Origin: an uncultured Pedosphaera sp.
GTDB taxonomy: Bacteria; Verrucomicrobiota; Verrucomicrobiia; Limisphaerales; UBA1100
DNA length: 53,943 nucleotides
NCBI GenBank assembly: GCA_964533265.1
Contig: CAZHJW010000002.1
Span: 1-53,943, forward strand
Direction of reading: 5' to 3'
The first letter of the stretch is position 1. Every line of letters begins with the position of its first letter. Positions 38,474 to 47,819 of this stretch are shown in pieces. The notes beneath the pieces were generated by a model. That model was not told where the DNA came from and ran no database searches. It was given only the letters and a program-made list of their open reading frames with translations. The translations under genes and the position numbers were made by a program.

Positions 38474-39921
38474 GGAACTAATGGCTTGAATTCACCAGCC
38501 ATCCTTTTGGCTTGTTCCAACTGGGATTCATTCAGTTTTTCAGTCAATTCATCAACCGATTTGGAAGCACCTTTTACCTTGCCGGCCAAAGCTAAGCGCA
38601 ACCATTTTAACGCTTCAATCGGTCGACTTTCTTTGATGGCCAAACCGCGTGCAAACTGCGCTTCAGGATCGCCATATTCGGCACCCGCAATTTGAACACG
38701 AACCTCTTGCCCTTCCGGCCGTTTCCAACTCCTTGATCGTTTTAGCCCATCCAAAATTTGGTCGGGTTTCAGGTCGCTGGTAATAATACCCTGCAACGCT
38801 TTTAAACTCTTCTGTTGTTCCTCTGACGCAGCCCCTCGGCGAGCGATCAGCATCCAGTAGTAGGCCTCAGGCAAGTTTTTTTCTACTCCATCACCTTTCG
38901 CACTGGCCACGGCATAATCCACTTGAGCACCACCATGGCCCAATCGGGCCGCCAAGTTCCAGTATCGGGCGGCATGTTTAGCATTCTTTTCTATTCCTCT
39001 ACCCATCATCAACAGTCCACCCAAGTGATGACACGCATTAGCCGAACCCTGACGAGTAGCCATATTCAACCATTTTACCACGGCTGAAAAGTCCACCTTC
39101 ACACCCGCTCCAATTTCATAGCGCTGAGCCAGTTCCAACTGGGCGTTTAATTGGCCTTCTTTGGCCTGTTTTTCCAAAACATCAATTTGCGGCCCTTCCT
39201 TGGGTGGATTTGCCTGTAAACGACTTAACAGATCCCGGGCTTGTTTGGCATAGCTAGGGTGACGTTGAGTCGACGCCTTCTTCAGCCAATCCAGTCCAGA
39301 TTTAACATCTTGCCGACACCCAGTTCCTTGAATATTCAGTAGTCCGAACTGAATTTGTGCCGACCCATATCCGGCTTTTGCAGCTTTCTCAAACCAGTAC
39401 CCAGCCGTGGTCGGGTTACGCGCCACGCCATTGCCAAGAAGATAGGCCCCTCCCAAATCCACCTGCGCCTTGAGAAAATCCGCCTTAGCGGCTTGTTTAA
39501 ATAGTTTGGCCGCCACTTCTAAGTCCTTTTTCACTCCGACTCCCCGTGCATAAAGAATCCCGAGTTTGCTTTGAGCATCTGCATCACCCTCATTTGCCAA
39601 AACCTTCAAGCCAACCGCTGATTTCAAAAAAAGCTGCAACGCTTCAGGTTGACGTTTTTTACCATTTTCACCCGTATAGATAATGGAAGCCAACCGATAC
39701 TGGGCTTTGGCATATCCCTGATCCGCCGCCTTACGCGCCCATTGGGTTGCCTTGGCATAATCCTGATCCACTCCTTGAGCTTCCGCATACATTTCAGCCA
39801 AACGATATTGAGCCTCGACATCACCTCTTTCTGCCCTTTGAAGAAGAGCCTTGAAATCAATTCCTGATAAGTTCCCGGTCAACAAAAGGAAACCGATGAA
39901 ATTGAGTGCAAACCGACTCAT
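38470..39921 (-). CDS. Sel1-repeat (SLR/TPR-like) secreted protein
   Basis: 483 aa. Signal-like MSRFALNFIGFLLLTGNLSG. Many SLR units are present (AQYRLAEMYAEAQGVDQDYAKATQWARKAADQGYAKAQYRL and similar). ATGA overlap with the upstream SLR gene. Confidence 0.88.
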   Translation of the reverse strand: MSRFALNFIGFLLLTGNLSGIDFKALLQRAERGDVEAQYRLAEMYAEAQGVDQDYAKATQWARKAADQGYAKAQYRLASIIYTGENGKKRQPEALQLFLKSAVGLKVLANEGDADAQSKLGILYARGVGVKKDLEVAAKLFKQAAKADFLKAQVDLGGAYLLGNGVARNPTTAGYWFEKAAKAGYGSAQIQFGLLNIQGTGCRQDVKSGLDWLKKASTQRHPSYAKQARDLLSRLQANPPKEGPQIDVLEKQAKEGQLNAQLELAQRYEIGAGVKVDFSAVVKWLNMATRQGSANACHHLGGLLMMGRGIEKNAKHAARYWNLAARLGHGGAQVDYAVASAKGDGVEKNLPEAYYWMLIARRGAASEEQQKSLKALQGIITSDLKPDQILDGLKRSRSWKRPEGQEVRVQIAGAEYGDPEAQFARGLAIKESRPIEALKWLRLALAGKVKGASKSVDELTEKLNESQLEQAKRMAGEFKPLVP

Positions 39922-42095
39922 GGCATTGGCTTAAAATTACGTACCTTTTTCTTCGCTGCTATAATATCGTCCAACTCTAGGCCATGAGCCTTTGTCATTT
40001 TAGAACGATCCAATAGTGCCTCCTCCAATCCTTGATTGAAGGCCAGCGTATACCACATGTATGATTCAATCGGATCCGGCTTCATTCCATCTCCTTCAGC
40101 AAAACGACGAGCCAACTCTACTTGTGACTGAGCTTTCCCTTGATTGGCCTCTTCAATCAACATGTCCAAGTCACCAGCTTGGGCAATTACAATCTCTTTC
40201 TCCGGAAAATACTGATTCTGTGCTACAAACTGACTCGCCTCATTTAGCGCGCGTTTAATATCCCTCGGCTCCATTTCCTTTTGCAAGTAATCTAGTGCCC
40301 GATCCATATCCGAAACCCCACCCCTCTTAGCCAGTGTTAACCATTTAAAAGCGTGTCGTTTGTGATCCCCGCGTTTGGGTAGTTTGGATGGCAATACACC
40401 CTTCCCCTCAAGATACAACAACCCCAAGGTTCGTTGAGCCAACCCATCACCCTGCATAGCCCCGCGGCGAGCCCATTTAGCAGCCTTGGAATGATCAGGA
40501 CCATCCACCAAGCCTTGGGCGAACATGACCGCCAAAGAACCTTCTGCACTCGAATAATGTTGAGCCGCAGCCTTGTGCATCCATTCCATCGCTCCTTTGA
40601 TATCCTGTTTGACCACGTCACCTTCGTAAAGCAATCCTCCCAGCCGCGTTTGTGCTTCAGCATTCCCCTTTTCGGCTGCCTTCCTGAACCATTCAATCGC
40701 TTGACTAGGTTTGCTTCCCGGCAGATTACCTCTCAAAGCCATTCCTCCCAGCGACGTCATGGCCTCAAGGCTATTGTTCTCTGCAGCTTTCTTGAGCCAA
40801 TGACTACCTTTTTGATAAATCGGCTCCCCACCGAAATCACCCAAAACGTACTTTTGGCCTAAAGCTTCCATGGCATCAACAAACCCCTTATTGGCAGCTT
40901 TCTCAAGCCAGTATTCGGATTTTTTGTGTTCCCTTTTATCGGAGTAAAACATTCCCAAACTAAACATTGCTTCGGCATCTCCAAAACCTGCAACCCGCGT
41001 CAGGTTGTCCAACCTTAATGACTCTTGGATACTGTTATCGGCCCCCTCTAGCCCCAAAGAAGAATTAGTCGTAACGGCCGTTTCTTCTGCTTTAAATTCG
41101 TTGGCACGCTTCAGAAGATCTAGCTGAACCAAGGGATCAATTTTAGAACGCACTTTTTTGAGGTGATTTTGAGCTTTAACCCGCGTCTGATTTTCCGCAG
41201 CACGCGTTGCAAGTGTGAGCCAAAAGAACGCTTCCTTAGCATCTTCCTTTTGCCCCGATTCTTTCGAGCCGGTAGCGTACAAGAGTCCCAACAAAAACTG
41301 GCATTCTGCATTCCCTTGATTTGCTGCCTTCCGAATCCAAGGCACCGCCGTTTTCTTGTCTAACTTTAAGCCCAACTTTCCCTCAGCCAGAACCATGCCA
41401 TACTTCCACTCCGCCAGCATCAAACCAGACCCCGCAGCCTGCTTTAAATATCTAACAGCGTCCTTTTCTGAAACAATCTCTTTTCCAGAAACATTATGCA
41501 TTATCCATACGTGAAAAGCCGCGTCAGCAAAACCGGCATCAGCCGACTCTTTGAATAACTGCAGAGCTTTGGTGTTATTCTGTGAAGTCCCCAAACCAAG
41601 CCGAACCATATATCCAGCTAAATATGCCGCCCGGGCATGACCCAAGGCCGCCGCTGCGCGGAAATTTGCCAGTGCCCTTTTATCATCTGGATTAAAGTGA
41701 TTGGAATTAATTAAACCCAACTGATACAGCTTGCCCGTTTTGTAAAGCGCGTCGGGGTTCTTTTTCTCCGCCAATTTCTGCAATCCCGGGATAGCTTTGG
41801 TCAAGAGTTCAAATCCCTTTTTAACATCCTGTTCCATCCCTTGACCTAGGAGCAAATGAACCGCATGCCGGTATTGAGCCAAAGGATTATTCTTTAATGA
41901 ACCTACCAGCGCATAACTGGCCGATTGCTCCAAATCACGCTCCACACCGTCAGCCCAATACAGAGCTTCAGCCAGCTCATATGCTGCCTGTGCATTTCCG
42001 CTTTCGGCCTTTTCCTGTAAAACTTGAAGTCTGTCTTCAGCAAACAGTCCAAAGGTTAGCAAAAAAGAGAAGACCAGTAGTCGTAGTGCATCCAT
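39918..42095 (-). CDS. Sel1-repeat (SLR/TPR-like) secreted protein, large
   Basis: ORF 39918-42098 (TTG). ATG 42095 is more likely. Signal-like MDALRLLVFSFLLTFGLFA. It contains more than 12 SLR-type units (for example AAYELAEALYWADGVERDLEQSASY, AQTRLGGLLYEGDVVKQDIKGAMEWMHKAAAQ). Confidence 0.88.
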   Translation of the reverse strand: MDALRLLVFSFLLTFGLFAEDRLQVLQEKAESGNAQAAYELAEALYWADGVERDLEQSASYALVGSLKNNPLAQYRHAVHLLLGQGMEQDVKKGFELLTKAIPGLQKLAEKKNPDALYKTGKLYQLGLINSNHFNPDDKRALANFRAAAALGHARAAYLAGYMVRLGLGTSQNNTKALQLFKESADAGFADAAFHVWIMHNVSGKEIVSEKDAVRYLKQAAGSGLMLAEWKYGMVLAEGKLGLKLDKKTAVPWIRKAANQGNAECQFLLGLLYATGSKESGQKEDAKEAFFWLTLATRAAENQTRVKAQNHLKKVRSKIDPLVQLDLLKRANEFKAEETAVTTNSSLGLEGADNSIQESLRLDNLTRVAGFGDAEAMFSLGMFYSDKREHKKSEYWLEKAANKGFVDAMEALGQKYVLGDFGGEPIYQKGSHWLKKAAENNSLEAMTSLGGMALRGNLPGSKPSQAIEWFRKAAEKGNAEAQTRLGGLLYEGDVVKQDIKGAMEWMHKAAAQHYSSAEGSLAVMFAQGLVDGPDHSKAAKWARRGAMQGDGLAQRTLGLLYLEGKGVLPSKLPKRGDHKRHAFKWLTLAKRGGVSDMDRALDYLQKEMEPRDIKRALNEASQFVAQNQYFPEKEIVIAQAGDLDMLIEEANQGKAQSQVELARRFAEGDGMKPDPIESYMWYTLAFNQGLEEALLDRSKMTKAHGLELDDIIAAKKKVRNFKPMP

Positions 42096-42109
42096 CAATC
42101 GAAGCCTCT

Positions 42110-43027
42110 TTATCTGTTCTGCATCAATAACGAATTAGCCGGATAATAGACGTGAATTTCTCGGCGGAATCGATCAAGTTTCCTGCTCATTTGCTGTTCA
42201 AATATTTCCTGAGACAAACGCGCTTCAATCAACTTATGTACTTGGGCAATTGGTATTTCATATTTCTCCCAGCGTTTTTCAACATAGAGTAGATGGTAGG
42301 CCTGCTCATCAATTTCCAAACCCACCTCTTTGTCCTCCAAAATAAAAACTCCCGCAGCAACCTCATCATTGAATTCATTCTGTTCATCCTTATGAACTTT
42401 ACCCTTGTGTCCGCCAAGAGGCACCTTACGGCTTACGGCCAATTTCTTGAAATCCGCCAGTGACTTAATTCCATTTTTCAGCTGCTGAGCCTTAATCAAA
42501 CTCATCCCCTCTTCGTCGCGAGGAATACGGATTGCGTATAAATCAGCTGTCACCCCCTTGTTGTTGAGATCGGGATTTTCACGATAGTACTTTTTAATGG
42601 CGGCTGGCGAAACCTGAACAGCTTGACGCACGGTACGCTCTGCGCGCCTCAGCAACCAGTTGTCCACCAATTCTGTTTCACGCTGCTGCACCGTCTTACC
42701 TTGAATGCGCAATGCAGCGATCATCTTATTTCGATCCTTACCATATCGATTTTTAATTTCTCCTTTGAGAAGCAACTCTGCCAATCCTGCGGGCTCCACA
42801 TAACCTTTCTGCCCTCTGATATTCATTATCAGCAGGGCATCCTGCTCCAGTTTTTTCTGGGCTAAAGCCGGATTCATCCGCGACCGGCGTGCCTCACGCT
42901 CAACATCCCACTGGGTAATAATTTTTTGCCCGCCCACAACCGCTTTGATTGAGTTAGCTACCTGTGGCTGGGACCAGGCAGATTGTGAAAAAAGCACTCC
43001 TGCAAAAATAAAAACAACCCCTCTCAT
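42110..43027 (-). CDS. SurA-N / parvulin-like periplasmic chaperone or PPIase family protein (divergent)
   Basis: ORF 42110-43078. ATG 43027 gives the signal peptide MRGVVFIFAGVLFSQSAWS. The SurA-like N-terminal helical region and a degenerate parvulin-like C-terminal half (GGHKGKVHKDE...AYHLLYVEKR) were assigned by eye only. Confidence 0.65.
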   Translation of the reverse strand: MRGVVFIFAGVLFSQSAWSQPQVANSIKAVVGGQKIITQWDVEREARRSRMNPALAQKKLEQDALLIMNIRGQKGYVEPAGLAELLLKGEIKNRYGKDRNKMIAALRIQGKTVQQRETELVDNWLLRRAERTVRQAVQVSPAAIKKYYRENPDLNNKGVTADLYAIRIPRDEEGMSLIKAQQLKNGIKSLADFKKLAVSRKVPLGGHKGKVHKDEQNEFNDEVAAGVFILEDKEVGLEIDEQAYHLLYVEKRWEKYEIPIAQVHKLIEARLSQEIFEQQMSRKLDRFRREIHVYYPANSLLMQNR

Positions 43028-43070
43028 GGGCGGCAAATTTAGTTGGGGTGAGACCGATGTCAAGAGCGGC

Positions 43071-43391
43071 TCATTCACTTCTGACTGTATTCACTTCAAT
43101 CCATTGCAAGTATTTTTGGTTACCTTTATCAATTGGCCAAGCCACAAACTCGGGCCTGTCATAGGGATGATGCTCAACCACAAAAAATTCCAATTCCGGC
43201 AAACTCCTAGCGGTGGTTTTCAGTATGAGTAGGACCTCGTTTTCCTGACAAATTTCACCTTCCCACCAGTAATGGGATTCGATACCGGACACTACATTAG
43301 CACAAGCAGCCAAGCGTTCTGAAAGAATACCCTTAGTCAGCATGCGGGCGACTTCCAAGCTTGGTGTAGTGACAAAAACAATATAGTGCAT
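43071..43391 (-). CDS. cutA: Divalent-cation tolerance protein CutA
   Basis: 106 aa. VFVTTPSLEVARMLTKGILSERLAACANVV...ESHYWWEGEI...E..LILKT...HPYDRPEF is the typical CutA1 pattern. Confidence 0.9.
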   Translation of the reverse strand: MHYIVFVTTPSLEVARMLTKGILSERLAACANVVSGIESHYWWEGEICQENEVLLILKTTARSLPELEFFVVEHHPYDRPEFVAWPIDKGNQKYLQWIEVNTVRSE

Positions 43392-43449
43392 GAACTAACT
43401 GTCTATTTTGGCAGTTGAAAAATCAACTCCCATCCTTACTCTCCAGCCC

Positions 43450-44202
43450 ATGAATCAAATCAATCTTTCAGGCCGAAACGCAGTCATCACCGGCGGCGCA
43501 CGCGGTATTGGCCTCGCTATTGCCAAGCGCCTGCTGCAATCGGGTGCTAATGTAAGCTTGTGGGATGTGGATCCTGAGGCTGCCGCTAAGGCAAAAGTAG
43601 ACCTTAATGAATACGGTACAGTAGAAACCCAAAACGTAGAACTTACCGATGCAGACGCCGTGACTTCCGCCACCAAAGCTACCATCAACGCACTGGGACA
43701 CATTGATATTCTCTGCAACAATGCAGGCATAGCCGGAGGCATCTACAAAACGTGGGAATATCCGGTGGAGGAATTCCGCCGGGTAATCGATGTGGACCTT
43801 AACGGAGTATTCATCTGTTGCCGTGCCGTGGTGCCACACATGCGCGAACGCCGGTACGGACGCATCATCAATACCGCCTCAATCGCCGGAAAGGAAGGCA
43901 ACCCCGGGGCCAGTGCCTACAGCGCAGCCAAAGCCGGCGTTATTGGTCTCACCAAAAGCCTCGGCAAGGAACTCGCACAGGACGGCATATGTGTAAATTG
44001 CTTTACTCCCGCAGTAATCAATACTGATATCCTCAAACAAGTCACCCAACAGCACATCGACTACATGCTCAGTAAAATCCCGATGGGGCGATTTGGTGAA
44101 GTGGAAGAGGCAGGTGCTCTGGTTGCCTGGCTAGCCAGTGAGGATTGCTCTTTTACCACCGGCGGTGTGTTCGATCTTTCCGGTGGACGCGCCACATACT
44201 AG
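43450..44202 (+). CDS. Short-chain dehydrogenase/reductase (FabG-like 3-oxoacyl-ACP reductase family)
   Basis: ORF 43408-44202 (TTG). ATG 43450 is preferred. Motifs: TGGARGIGLAIA (TGxxxGIG), NNAG, and the catalytic YSAAK (YxxxK). Confidence 0.9.
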   Translation: MNQINLSGRNAVITGGARGIGLAIAKRLLQSGANVSLWDVDPEAAAKAKVDLNEYGTVETQNVELTDADAVTSATKATINALGHIDILCNNAGIAGGIYKTWEYPVEEFRRVIDVDLNGVFICCRAVVPHMRERRYGRIINTASIAGKEGNPGASAYSAAKAGVIGLTKSLGKELAQDGICVNCFTPAVINTDILKQVTQQHIDYMLSKIPMGRFGEVEEAGALVAWLASEDCSFTTGGVFDLSGGRATY

Positions 44203-44211
44203 ACTGCATTC

Positions 44212-44439
44212 ATGGATCGCGCCGAAGCTAGTGAGAAGATCAAGGGTCACTGTAAAACGATTGCCTTGGAGATGATGGATCTAAACCCAACCATTACCAA
44301 CCTTGACGATGAGGAAACTCAGGAAGCACTTTTTGAAGCCAGCTACGAATTAACCAAACAACTAGAAATCATCAAGAAACGCGTGATCAAACTTGAACGA
44401 CGAGGTGATGTAGGAGCCGATTCCTCCTCAGAGCTTTGA
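44212..44439 (+). CDS. Small hypothetical protein (75 aa, acidic, helical-looking)
   Basis: The ATG lies 9 nt after the SDR stop. No family was recognised. The coding call rests only on ORF length and tight spacing. Confidence 0.45.
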   Translation: MDRAEASEKIKGHCKTIALEMMDLNPTITNLDDEETQEALFEASYELTKQLEIIKKRVIKLERRGDVGADSSSEL

Positions 44440-44449
44440 ATTTAAAAAT

Positions 44450-45499
44450 TCACCAACCCAATACGTGGGCAAAAATCAAAGGCGCAACGATGGTGGCGTC
44501 ACTTTCGATGATAAACTTGGGTGTATCTTCCTCGAGCTTGCCCCAGGTAATCTTTTCGTTGGGCACCGCGCCGGAGTAGCTCCCGTAGCTGGTAGTGGAA
44601 TCACTAATCTGGCAGAAGTACGCCCAACAAGGACACTCAAGCCTAAGATCTTGATGAATCATTGGCACCACGCAGATCGGAAAATCACCGGCAATACCTC
44701 CGCCGATCTGGAAGAAGCCGATCGCAGTACCGTTGGGGGCACATGGACCTGCATTCTTAGGAAGATTAGCCGTCTCTGCCAAAGAGGAGGACTGCTCACA
44801 CACGTTTTGAATCATGGTGGTTTGGAGATACCAATCGGTGAGGGCTCCCATGTATTCGGTACCCGAACGCACACACCCATAATCCAAATTACCCGCCAGA
44901 CAATGAGCAACAAAAATATTACCCAGCGTGGAATCCTCCCAACCGGGAACAAAAATCGGGAGATCTCTTTCTGCAGCCGCAACAAGCCAAGAGTTTTTCG
45001 GATCGATTTGATAATGCTCCTTTACTCGATCCTCACGTATAAGCCGGTAAAGATACTCGTGGGGAAAATAGCTTTCGCTCTTACGATGTGCGTCATCCCA
45101 CAAAGTCAACACGACACGTTCAATCCGGCGCATGGCTTCCTCTTCAGGGATACAGGTGTCGGTCACGCGGTTCATGTGCCGATCAAGTAGTGCCTGTTCA
45201 TCAGCGGGTGTCAGATCGCGATAATGCGGAACCCGTTCATACTGATCGTGGGCAACCAAATTGAATATATCCTCCTCGAGATTTGCACCAGTACAGGTAA
45301 TGGCGTGTACTTTGTCCTGCCGAATCATCTCAGCCAGTGAAAGCCCCAGTTCAGCCGTACTCATGGCTCCGGCCAGCGTCACCAACATTTTGCCGTCACC
45401 TTCAAGGTGTGCCTGATACGACTTTGCCGCATCCACTAGTGTCGCCGCGTTGAAGTGGCGATAGTGATGACCAATAAACTGACTGATTGGACCGCTCAT
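44450..45499 (-). CDS. Deoxyhypusine synthase-like protein (bacterial DHS/homospermidine-synthase-like family)
   Basis: 349 aa. The blocks LAGAMSTAELG, ITCTGANLEEDIF, FQIGGGIAGDFPICVVPM and QISDSTTSYGSYSGAVPNEKITWGKL match my recollection of bacterial DHS-like proteins. Confidence 0.88.
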   Translation of the reverse strand: MSGPISQFIGHHYRHFNAATLVDAAKSYQAHLEGDGKMLVTLAGAMSTAELGLSLAEMIRQDKVHAITCTGANLEEDIFNLVAHDQYERVPHYRDLTPADEQALLDRHMNRVTDTCIPEEEAMRRIERVVLTLWDDAHRKSESYFPHEYLYRLIREDRVKEHYQIDPKNSWLVAAAERDLPIFVPGWEDSTLGNIFVAHCLAGNLDYGCVRSGTEYMGALTDWYLQTTMIQNVCEQSSSLAETANLPKNAGPCAPNGTAIGFFQIGGGIAGDFPICVVPMIHQDLRLECPCWAYFCQISDSTTSYGSYSGAVPNEKITWGKLEEDTPKFIIESDATIVAPLIFAHVLGW

Positions 45500-45508
45500 G
45501 GTGCGGAT

Positions 45509-46735
45509 TTAGTTTTCGTTGAGGAAAAAAGCATCATGCAATTGCCGCGTAGCCACCTCACCCTTCTCTGATTCCACAACCACTGAAATCTTGATTTCAC
45601 TGGTGGAAATCATCTCAATATTAATACCACCTGAGGCCAATGTCTCGAATACTTTCGCAGCAATACCTGAATGGGTGCGCATTCCCACCCCAACCACGGA
45701 CACTTTCGCGATATCCTCATCAGAAATTACTTCCGCAAACTCAATCTCCTCCCTTAACCCCTCAATCACCTTCAGTGCCTTGGCTAGATCTGGCTTGTCT
45801 GTCGTAAAGGACATATCGGTCGCCGGCGTGGCCGAACCATGGCTGATATTCTGTACAATCATGTCCACATTAATCGCACCAGCCGCCAGCGCACTAAAGA
45901 TTCGTGCGGCCATACCCGGCGTGTCGGGCACTCTCACCAAAGTAACCTTAGCTTGATTCTCGTCCAACGATACGCCGCGTACAACGACGTCCTCCATACT
46001 GTCAGTTTCTTCTTTCACGATTGTTCCGGGGTTATTGTTTAGGCTCGAGCGCACCTCAAACTTCACATTAAATTTTTTTGCAAACTCCACCGAACGGCTT
46101 TGCAAAACTCGGGCTCCAAGACTCGACAATTCCAACATCTCATCATAGGAGATTTCATCTATCTTCTGCGCGTCTGACACCAAACGTGGATCGGTGGTAT
46201 AAACTCCATCCACATCCGTGTAAATCTGACACAAATCCGCCTCTAAAGACGAAGCCAGCGCGATCGCAGTCAGATCTGACCCTCCACGCCCTAATGTAGT
46301 GATCCGTCCATCAGGCGTCATGCCTTGAAAACCTGCCACGATGACTACATTGCCTTCATCAAGCATGGTGTGCACCTGCTTCGGAGAAATATTTTTGATC
46401 TTTGCCTTGGTGTGCTCCCCATCAGTCATAATTCCCGCCTGTGCCCCGGTTAGGGATACCGCTTCCAGGTCGAGCGAATGCAGGGCCATTGCCAAAAGAG
46501 CAATGGTTGTTTGCTCGCCTGTGGCCAACAACATGTCCATTTCACGCTCACTGGGCAGTTGATTAATCTCACTGGCGAGCCGGATCAAATTATCAGTCCC
46601 TCCTCCCATGGCAGAAACCACAACCACAATCTGATCCCCTTTTTGACGGTATTCAGCCACTCGTTTCGCCACATTTTTGATACGATCAGTATCCTTGACG
46701 GATGACCCGCCATATTTTTGGACAATCAGCGCCAT
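45509..46735 (-). CDS. lysC: Aspartate kinase
   Basis: 408 aa. It has MALIVQKYGGSSV, VVVVSAMGGGTD, and two C-terminal ACT regions. Confidence 0.95.
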   Translation of the reverse strand: MALIVQKYGGSSVKDTDRIKNVAKRVAEYRQKGDQIVVVVSAMGGGTDNLIRLASEINQLPSEREMDMLLATGEQTTIALLAMALHSLDLEAVSLTGAQAGIMTDGEHTKAKIKNISPKQVHTMLDEGNVVIVAGFQGMTPDGRITTLGRGGSDLTAIALASSLEADLCQIYTDVDGVYTTDPRLVSDAQKIDEISYDEMLELSSLGARVLQSRSVEFAKKFNVKFEVRSSLNNNPGTIVKEETDSMEDVVVRGVSLDENQAKVTLVRVPDTPGMAARIFSALAAGAINVDMIVQNISHGSATPATDMSFTTDKPDLAKALKVIEGLREEIEFAEVISDEDIAKVSVVGVGMRTHSGIAAKVFETLASGGINIEMISTSEIKISVVVESEKGEVATRQLHDAFFLNEN

Positions 46736-46736
46736 A

Positions 46737-47819
46737 TCACAATCCCATTGCCCCCTTAACAGCCTCCAAATCAGCCTCTATCACCTTCGCTTCGGAGTTC
46801 GCGTAGGTCAAAGCACTATCAGGATCCTTCAATCCGTGGCCTGTCATCGTAGCTACGACGATGCTCCCTTCATCAATTCCGTCCGCTCCAGTCACCTTGA
46901 TTATTCCTGCAAGCGCAGCGGCACTAGCCAGCTCCACAAAAATTCCCTCAGTGGAGGCGAGTTGTTTGTAAGCAGAAATGATTTGCTCATCAGTAACCTT
47001 ATCGATTTTACCACCTGAGAATTGTGCTGCCGCTTTGGCCCCCTGCCAACTGGCGGGGTTTCCGATACGAATAGCACTCGCAACAGTCTGCGGATTGGCA
47101 ACCGAGTCACCATCCACAATGGGAGCAGATCCAGCTGCCTGAAAACCCATCAGGCGTGGCAATGTATCGCTCTTGGCCGCCTCTTCGTATTGCTGGTAAC
47201 CTTTCCAGTACGCGGTAATATTGCCTGCGTTTCCAACGGGCAAAAAATGGAAATCAGGCGCGTCGCCCAAGGCGTCACAAACCTCAAAGGCAGCCGTTTT
47301 TTGTCCCTCAATCCGGACGGGGTTAATGCTGTTCACCACTTCTACTCCCTTGATTTCACCCAATCCACGCACAATATCCAAAGCCTGATCAAAATTACCC
47401 TGAACCTGAAGGGTTTGAGCACCGTACATCATGGATTGAGCCAATTTGCCTAGAGCAATATTCCCTTCTGGGATTAATACCACACACTGCATACCTGCAC
47501 GCGCAGCATATGCTGCAGCCGCAGCTGAGGTATTGCCGGTGCTTGCACAAACCACTATTTGAGCTCCGCGTTCCTTGGCCTTGGAGACCGCTAGTGTCAT
47601 CCCCCGATCCTTGAAGGAACAAGTCGGATTAACCCCTTCGTATTTCAGGTAAAGATCATACTCACCACCAACGGCCTTCACAAAATTAGGCACCCTCACC
47701 AATGGCGTATTACCCTCCAACAGGGTCACTACCGGGGTGTCATCACTCAAGGGTAGATGCTCGCGATACCGGTCAATCACTCCGCGCCATCCTGCTGTGT
47801 TTTGTACGCCTTGACTCAT
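46737..47819 (-). CDS. thrC: Threonine synthase
   Basis: 360 aa. It has the PLP-lysine block NPTCSFKDRGM and VVCASTGNTSAAAAAY. ATGA overlap with the hom stop. Confidence 0.95.
   Translation of the reverse strand: MSQGVQNTAGWRGVIDRYREHLPLSDDTPVVTLLEGNTPLVRVPNFVKAVGGEYDLYLKYEGVNPTCSFKDRGMTLAVSKAKERGAQIVVCASTGNTSAAAAAYAARAGMQCVVLIPEGNIALGKLAQSMMYGAQTLQVQGNFDQALDIVRGLGEIKGVEVVNSINPVRIEGQKTAAFEVCDALGDAPDFHFLPVGNAGNITAYWKGYQQYEEAAKSDTLPRLMGFQAAGSAPIVDGDSVANPQTVASAIRIGNPASWQGAKAAAQFSGGKIDKVTDEQIISAYKQLASTEGIFVELASAAALAGIIKVTGADGIDEGSIVVATMTGHGLKDPDSALTYANSEAKVIEADLEAVKGAMGL

Noticed and set aside
28073-43391. The idea that the P-type ATPase plus cutA mark a heavy-metal resistance island
   Set aside because: The ATPase lacks all canonical metal ligands. 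cutA is 13 kb away in a different operon. No metal-sensing regulator (MerR/ArsR), chaperone or mobility gene is present.
44465-45190. Long (241 aa) plus-strand ORF
   Set aside because: It lies entirely antisense to the DHS-like gene, whose minus-strand frame carries strong family motifs. The plus-frame product has no recognisable features. It is a shadow ORF.
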